Source of the DNA: Promethearchaeota archaeon
GTDB taxonomy: Archaea > Asgardarchaeota > Lokiarchaeia > Sigyniarchaeales > SOKP01
Direction of reading: 5' to 3'
DNA: 64,000 nucleotides
NCBI GenBank assembly: GCA_048938895.1
Contig: JBHLLU010000009.1
Location: forward strand, 35,800-99,799
In this document: positions 58,361-64,000 of the stretch, one piece after another
Layout of the letters: each line of letters begins with the position of its first letter
Numbering within the stretch: the first letter of the stretch is position 1
Notes under the pieces: generated by a model
Databases searched by the model: none
Seen by the model: the letters and a program-made list of their open reading frames with translations, nothing else
Told to the model about the DNA's origin: nothing
Made by a program: the position numbers and the translations under genes

Positions 58361-59098
58361 ATGGTTGATGACACTTTACCTGAAAATGGAAATCAAACTA
58401 AAATTCTTCTTATAGACAATTATTCTCGTGGCTTTCCAACCGATCGAATTACACGAATCGAAACTATTATTAAAGAAAGTATAGCACAAGTGGAGTTTAA
58501 AACTGTACATTTTACCCATTTTAAACCAAAAATAGCAGAAAATTATTCAGGCATAATTTTATCGGGTTCTGAATTGAATGTCTCAAGTTTTTATTACGAT
58601 GAGAAATTAAAGAAAAAATTTAATGATCAGTTAGCATTAATACGGAATAATAACCAAATCCCAATTCTTGCGTTATGCTTTGGATTTCATTTAGTAGCAT
58701 ATGCCTTTGGTGCTCAGATTTCTCGGATGAGAATTTTTGATCTAGGAGGGAGGATTATATTCATTCTGATTAAAAAAACTGATGAATTAATGACTCAAAA
58801 AAACATACCCGTTAATGTCCATCATATGGATTTTGTTTCTCCTAACGATTGTAAGATCCAGAAAAATTTCAAGATCCTCAGTACTTCAAGAACAATTGGC
58901 TATAACATGGTTCAATATATGAAACACAAAAAAAGATCAATTTTTGCCCTTCAATTCCATCCTGAGACTCACAATGCGTACTATTTTCATCCTAGCTTAT
59001 TTGATGAACGAATTGCTAATAAAACTAGGACAATTGGTCAAGAAATTATTGAAAATTTTCTGTGGCTTTGCTCTTACAATAAACAACAAAAGTTATAA
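58361..59098 (+). CDS. Class I glutamine amidotransferase-domain protein (stand-alone)
   Basis: LLIDNY, GIILSGS, PILALCFG (Cys nucleophile), QFHPE. Confidence 0.88.
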   Translation: MVDDTLPENGNQTKILLIDNYSRGFPTDRITRIETIIKESIAQVEFKTVHFTHFKPKIAENYSGIILSGSELNVSSFYYDEKLKKKFNDQLALIRNNNQIPILALCFGFHLVAYAFGAQISRMRIFDLGGRIIFILIKKTDELMTQKNIPVNVHHMDFVSPNDCKIQKNFKILSTSRTIGYNMVQYMKHKKRSIFALQFHPETHNAYYFHPSLFDERIANKTRTIGQEIIENFLWLCSYNKQQKL

Positions 59099-59129
59099 AA
59101 GTTAAATACGACGGTCGTTTATAATTCAC

Positions 59130-60092
59130 ATGGACGATAGAAATTACTTGATTTTATATATTGTTGGGTTAGCTATAACCACTGTTTTAATGTTTTTAAT
59201 CCTGTTTAGCGTAAATGTCTTGTCTATAAGCTTTTTATTATTTTTTTGGATCATAAAATTTCTTTCTGGATTTGGATTAATCTTAAGTATAGCAAATGGT
59301 TTTCTTATCCTCCTTGATAAAACAAAAGAAAAAATGGCAAAAAGCAAAAAATTTGTGAATTTCATTATTATATTCCAGATTATAATTCCTATAATCCTAA
59401 TATGCTATGCCATTTATGCTATATTTTCTAGTTATTACGAATGGGGCGGAACTCAAAAAGGAATTGGATTATGGTTCAATTTAATCTTGTATATTTACGG
59501 AATTGCTTCATTATTGTTGACATTGTATGTTATACCAATTATACGGGAGGAATTTCAAGATGCGGTTGATCAAGGAGCTTTCAAGAGATTTAAGAAAGGT
59601 GCTAAACAAGTTGGTAGGGGTATTAAAAAGAAGTATTATGGATTCAGAAAAGAATATGCCAAAAAACAGATACAGGATCAGAAGACATTAAAGGATTTAT
59701 TAGCAGTTTGGCGACAAAAATTTGCGATATATCTTTTAATTCCACTGGCAATTGGTACACTTATTTTTACACCTATAGCGTTTGTATGCTTGTTATTCTG
59801 GATAAAGATTTTTATTATTGACAAAGATCCTGAGATCTACGAAAGATATGCTTTACTTGTTTCAATTATTTGTAGTGGATTAATAGCAATTTTATCCCCA
59901 ATCGTTAGATTTGATCTTTATATTACAATTGAAGATCTTCTATGGACTTTGAATATCTTCTATCTTATAGGGATTGTCCTAGCGTCAATTATATTTGTAA
60001 CCAAACTCTTAAAGTTACAAGGAATAATGATTGAAGATATCAAGGGTAAAATTAAGGAAACATTCTCTAAAGATGAGAAAGGAGAACAATGA
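59130..60092 (+). CDS. Hypothetical multi-pass membrane protein
   Basis: About seven TM segments with a Lys-rich cytoplasmic loop. Confidence 0.7.
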   Translation: MDDRNYLILYIVGLAITTVLMFLILFSVNVLSISFLLFFWIIKFLSGFGLILSIANGFLILLDKTKEKMAKSKKFVNFIIIFQIIIPIILICYAIYAIFSSYYEWGGTQKGIGLWFNLILYIYGIASLLLTLYVIPIIREEFQDAVDQGAFKRFKKGAKQVGRGIKKKYYGFRKEYAKKQIQDQKTLKDLLAVWRQKFAIYLLIPLAIGTLIFTPIAFVCLLFWIKIFIIDKDPEIYERYALLVSIICSGLIAILSPIVRFDLYITIEDLLWTLNIFYLIGIVLASIIFVTKLLKLQGIMIEDIKGKIKETFSKDEKGEQ

Positions 60093-60150
60093 TAGACAGA
60101 ACCGAGAACATAGTAAACCACATTAAAATGAAAATTTTTTTATATTCTTA

Positions 60151-61251
60151 TTAAATAAGAACTTCTTGTTTAATATCTAAGTCTATCAGATCTTCAGTTT
60201 TTATCCGTTTCTTAATGTAATCTACTAAATTTAAATTTGTTATTGTTCTTCCTTCTATCCTGAAATCTCGACCGCATAATATTGATGAGAGAGTTATTAT
60301 AGAATTTATTATAGGTGTTTTAATCCCCAAAAATGCTGCTAAAGAAGAAATAGGGACAAGTCCTGTAGGGACATCTTCTGTGAAATATCTAGTAATTAGT
60401 TGTTTTGGTGCACTTATATTTTTATAGGATTTTATATTTTGTATGGTCGTGTAAATACAATTTTCATTTATACCATAGGTTTGTTTAGCCCATTTACAAA
60501 ATCTTAATTGTAATAACCCCAATTTTCCAAATATTGTATTAAGTTCATTTTGAACCATCTCAAGAACTTCACATGTCCGAGGGGTCGCACCTTCTGCATA
60601 AAATTTGAATTCTTTTCTACTATCCATAATACCTGCATTTAATAATGAAAGCGTTGGATGTAAGAGCATCCCAATATTATTAAGTGTCATTTGTAAGTAA
60701 TCTTCTACCATATTTAAATGAGGAAATATGTCTTTTAAAGTATCGTATATAAAAAAAGAATCTTTTTCTGGAAATGCTGCAAAATCAACAACATCTTTAA
60801 TTTTGAGAATTTCTACTTGATTCTTTTTTAATTGCCTTGATGTAAAAAGTAGTGTTTGAGTTTCCGCAATGAAAACAGGAAATAAAACACCGCATTTTTC
60901 AATTTCTCGTCGAAATTCTACAGCACCAAAGGTTCTTCCAGGATTTAACATAATTATTTGATCTTGGGAGAGGAATTTTGCTATTTTACTAGCAATTTCT
61001 TTATGTACTGAAGCAGGAACAACAATTAATATAACATCAACATCTTTCAAAGCTAACTTTATATTCTGGGTAATTAAATTACATCGAAAAAAGCCTTTTA
61101 TCTCTCCAAAGGCTTTGATTCCTCCTCTCTTCTTTATATCTATTATTCTTGAAAGTGAACGATTATAGAGATTCACTTTATGACCTTTTGAGGAAAGATA
61201 TGCTGCGAATGCGCGACCCCCATTTCCAGCTCCGATCACACAAAATTTCAT
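60151..61251 (-). CDS. NAD(P)-dependent opine (octopine/nopaline) dehydrogenase family
   Basis: VIGAGNGG, LNPGRTFGA, AETQTL, NIGMLLHP, FYAEG, RYFTEDVPTGLVP. Confidence 0.9.
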   Translation of the reverse strand: MKFCVIGAGNGGRAFAAYLSSKGHKVNLYNRSLSRIIDIKKRGGIKAFGEIKGFFRCNLITQNIKLALKDVDVILIVVPASVHKEIASKIAKFLSQDQIIMLNPGRTFGAVEFRREIEKCGVLFPVFIAETQTLLFTSRQLKKNQVEILKIKDVVDFAAFPEKDSFFIYDTLKDIFPHLNMVEDYLQMTLNNIGMLLHPTLSLLNAGIMDSRKEFKFYAEGATPRTCEVLEMVQNELNTIFGKLGLLQLRFCKWAKQTYGINENCIYTTIQNIKSYKNISAPKQLITRYFTEDVPTGLVPISSLAAFLGIKTPIINSIITLSSILCGRDFRIEGRTITNLNLVDYIKKRIKTEDLIDLDIKQEVLI

Positions 61252-62978
61252 TTTTGCGCCACCTCAAATTTAGGATTTTTACTTAGCTTTATTGTTGTAT
61301 CGATATTAGAAAAAATATCTTGAATTCTTTGAATTTCATTATATTTCTTATCTCTCATTTCGTCCCATGAGCAGCATGCTCCATCTATTATTTTCGTTTG
61401 AATTTTGCCTAAAGCATAATCATTATTAATCAAATGCGGTGCATCGAATATGCCGTATTTTATAAGACGATTTAACACTTTATAATTAATATATGGATTT
61501 TTTAGCTCATTTTTATTCTTCGCTAAATTTGGTACTAAATCAATGACAAATTTGGCTTGTTTAATGAGTTCTTCTTTTCTTTTTAATATTCGCTCATTTA
61601 TTAGGTCAATTTCACTCGAATAAACTTTATTTATAACCTGATCTACAATTTTGCAACTTTCAATTACATCATTCGGGAATGCCGCATGATCTGCTTCTGA
61701 AAAACTTACAATATGAACAATATCGGGTTTTATTGCCAATTGCACCATAGTTGCGACTGCTAATTGTCCTTTTGCTTTATTTAAGTCTAACGGAAAACTT
61801 GCAAGACCTGTTCTTACTTGCTTAATGATGGAGAAATTTTTATTTGTTAATGTGTGAAGTAACTCATTTTTTGCCAGAATTTTAGCCAAATCCATATTAA
61901 ATGAACTTGATGGCGGTGTGTTAAACATATACTGAGCAATAAAGTGTCTTACTCCCAATTTTTTTGCAATTATTCCACAAAGATACATATCTGCTACAGC
62001 TATGGCATCCGGTGCATCTCTAAGGCTCCAATGATGAGAATCATTGATTTCAACTGGAATACCATTGTCAGCATACCACTTGATTACTTTTAGGTGTTGT
62101 TTTATTGACTTTTTTAGAGTTAGAGGTCCTCTTCCATCCATTTGATTAAACCAAAAAATTGGGATAGCACCCCAAGCATTATTTATGGTTTCCTTATATA
62201 ATTGAGCTAACTTTATAAAATCTCGAGTACCAGCATAAATCCGTAATAATGGGTAATTTCCTGTTAATCTGGATCTGTGTATTCTTAAGAAGTCTTCCTT
62301 AGACCTGATAGGTACACCTCCTGCTCCAGACAACTCTTTAACTTGATCTTCGGGATGATAATAATTAGCTTGAGTATTTTGATCAGGGGCTATTGAGATT
62401 ACATCTAGTACTTCTGCATTCGAGATCATATTTATCCCTTCAAGAGTTTCCTTCATACTTGGTAATCCAAAATGAGCCCTAATTACGGGATAAGGCTTTT
62501 TCCATTTTATACGAGAAATTAAATCATTAGGTGCTTGTCGAGTTTTCTTCTTAGTATTTAACTCCTCTCTTAAAATCGAAATTATATTGTGTTTTGATTC
62601 TCCCCCTATAAAATAATGATGAAAAAGGTCAAATTCTTTTGCCACCTTAACATCTTCTTGGATTCCTGCAAATATTAGTTTAGCTGGCTTTTTTTCCAAT
62701 TTGCTATATTTCTCCTTAAAATCAATTAATATTGGTCTCAAAGTATCTGGAGTTAATCGATAACTAAGCCCCAAAATTTCAGGTTTGAATATATTCATTT
62801 TATTAATAATAGTAGAATTTGAAGTCGCTGGTCCTAAAAACATGCACTCATATCCTAACTGAGATGCTATATTCATAAAATTATAAGTTCCTGCAACATG
62901 TACACATTGACCGATACACGCTGTTAGTATTTTGGATCTTTTTTCCTTTCTATTAAAACTATTATCTTCTGTGATCAT
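61248..62978 (-). CDS. Cobalamin-binding domain protein with large C-terminal catalytic domain
   Basis: N-terminal B12-binding Rossmann domain (GQCVHVAG, FLGPA, LGLSYRL, FAG), followed by a ~400-aa domain (RAHFGLP, GAGGVPIR, MDGRGP, HHWSLRDA). Confidence 0.8.
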   Translation of the reverse strand: MITEDNSFNRKEKRSKILTACIGQCVHVAGTYNFMNIASQLGYECMFLGPATSNSTIINKMNIFKPEILGLSYRLTPDTLRPILIDFKEKYSKLEKKPAKLIFAGIQEDVKVAKEFDLFHHYFIGGESKHNIISILREELNTKKKTRQAPNDLISRIKWKKPYPVIRAHFGLPSMKETLEGINMISNAEVLDVISIAPDQNTQANYYHPEDQVKELSGAGGVPIRSKEDFLRIHRSRLTGNYPLLRIYAGTRDFIKLAQLYKETINNAWGAIPIFWFNQMDGRGPLTLKKSIKQHLKVIKWYADNGIPVEINDSHHWSLRDAPDAIAVADMYLCGIIAKKLGVRHFIAQYMFNTPPSSSFNMDLAKILAKNELLHTLTNKNFSIIKQVRTGLASFPLDLNKAKGQLAVATMVQLAIKPDIVHIVSFSEADHAAFPNDVIESCKIVDQVINKVYSSEIDLINERILKRKEELIKQAKFVIDLVPNLAKNKNELKNPYINYKVLNRLIKYGIFDAPHLINNDYALGKIQTKIIDGACCSWDEMRDKKYNEIQRIQDIFSNIDTTIKLSKNPKFEVAQK

Positions 62979-63324
62979 AAATTTCCCCCTTATCGGAGAG
63001 TTTAAGATTTATATTCTTAACTATTAATTTATCGACTTATGTATTTCTTCACAAGTCGAGTGTTTGATTCAAAATTAGTCGTTTTGAATGTGTCTATATA
63101 AAAATACATAATGAACACTATATAATTATATAAATGATTGATATTTAAACGTAATGTTTATTTAAATATTAGTAAATATACTAAATAATTAAATAAATAA
63201 TATTTTAGTAATAATAATTAATTACATATTAAATAGATTTATATTCATTTATATATAATATTTACATAAATAAGTATAGACTAATTGGTGGGGGAATATT
63301 TCTAATAGTCAAAGAAAAAGTACT

Positions 63325-63516
63325 TTGAAAATTGTGGAAAATATATATAAAGCTTTAGATGATGGAGGCTATCATACAATTAGTGATATTGCTCAAAAAT
63401 CAAACTCAAATTGGAGCACAATAAAAAATCAAGTTAAACTTATTCAAAAAATTCAAAGTTTACCAAAACTAGAAATTATTCATGCATCAAAACAGATTTT
63501 GGTTAAGAGAGAATAA
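63325..63516 (+). CDS. Small helix-turn-helix protein
   Basis: IYKAL...TISDIAQKSNSNWSTIKNQV has an HTH-like pattern. Confidence 0.55.
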   Translation: MKIVENIYKALDDGGYHTISDIAQKSNSNWSTIKNQVKLIQKIQSLPKLEIIHASKQILVKRE

Positions 63517-63547
63517 TTAAAACACCTATTGAGCCTGGTTGTCTACT

Positions 63548-64000
63548 CTACTTAGGTGAGTCAGAATTTAGGAAAAACATCTTTCTGGTTTTATGAACTC
63601 TGACAAAATTTTCCTTATACATCTGTAATTCGTCATGGATTTCTTGTAATTCTTTATTTTTTAACATGCTATCAAAAAAATGAAGGACAGATAAATATAA
63701 TTTAGGAACAAAAGTATCAATTTGAGACAGTTCATATGAAACTTCTCTAATAGGTTCAAAATCTATTTTTAAATTAATCTCCCTCCTTTTTAGTCTCTGC
63801 AGTATTTCATTTTCAAGTTTTTTTCTAGAAATATTGCTCCATATTAGCTCATAAATAAAGTAATTTACAGATTGAACCGCTTCAGTTACAAGTGCCGCTC
63901 CTGTAGCTAAAGCGATACTTCCGGTGAAAATAAATACTGTTAAAGTTCCTAAAACTAAGGTTATTGCCCTATAAATTAGGGTTTTTATTACACTTTGCTT
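63548..64000 (-). CDS. DUF2061-like membrane protein (5' end outside the window)
   Basis: Missing from the ORF track. My translation gives KQSVIKTLIYRAITLVLG...FTGSIALA...YFIYELIWSNI..., open for 150 codons to TAG at 63548-63550. Confidence 0.7.
   Translation of the reverse strand, partial: KQSVIKTLIYRAITLVLGTLTVFIFTGSIALATGAALVTEAVQSVNYFIYELIWSNISRKKLENEILQRLKRREINLKIDFEPIREVSYELSQIDTFVPKLYLSVLHFFDSMLKNKELQEIHDELQMYKENFVRVHKTRKMFFLNSDSPK

Noticed and set aside
3775-59365. Many 60-117 aa ORFs nested in or antisense to long genes (e.g. 3775, 5740, 10577, 17948, 30435, 41559, 48085, 53226, 59144)
   Set aside because: They overlap well-supported genes and show no recognisable motifs.
1-64000. 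Selenoprotein or pyrrolysine read-through, tRNA or rRNA genes
   Set aside because: I noticed no gene broken by an in-frame TGA/TAG at a conserved position and no GC-rich structured RNA. This was by eye only, so tRNAscan-SE, Infernal and a SECIS search would be needed to exclude them.

Overview
AT-rich archaeal chromosomal segment. It carries RadA, tRNA-splicing endonuclease, an A/V-type ATP synthase and archaeal-type CODH/ACS alpha. Eukaryotic-signature-type genes (longin-like/Arf-like GTPase fusion, V4R protein, GRAM/PH-like protein, a Loki-CTERM-like anchor) point to an Asgard archaeon, most likely Lokiarchaeia; this placement is inference. Left to right: partial cdhA; V4R plus longin-GTPase pair; an RHH regulator; a glycogen/alpha-glucan cluster (GalT-like, NDP-sugar pyrophosphorylase, two GH57, GH13, degenerate PGM) interleaved with four universal stress proteins and a repeat-bounded variable locus; radA and OsmC genes; a MEMO1 operon; endA; a rearranged ATP synthase operon with a second, motif-altered subunit A; a methyltransferase plus fused HgcAB-like corrinoid/ferredoxin gene; a VIT1 pair; 2-hydroxyacyl-CoA dehydratase genes; a gamma-glutamyl ligase/cyclotransferase/amidotransferase operon; and a B12-binding enzyme plus opine dehydrogenase pair. 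The most notable observations are: (1) four genes that appear to start at ATT/ATA codons behind Shine-Dalgarno-like motifs; (2) the duplicate ATPase A with GER->GEP; (3) the putative reversible gamma-glutamylation module; (4) the HgcAB-like fusion operon; (5) the A-X-B-A'-Y-B' repeat-bounded cassettes. I saw no rRNA, tRNA, CRISPR array or transposase. All product calls come from motifs recognised by eye, not database searches.
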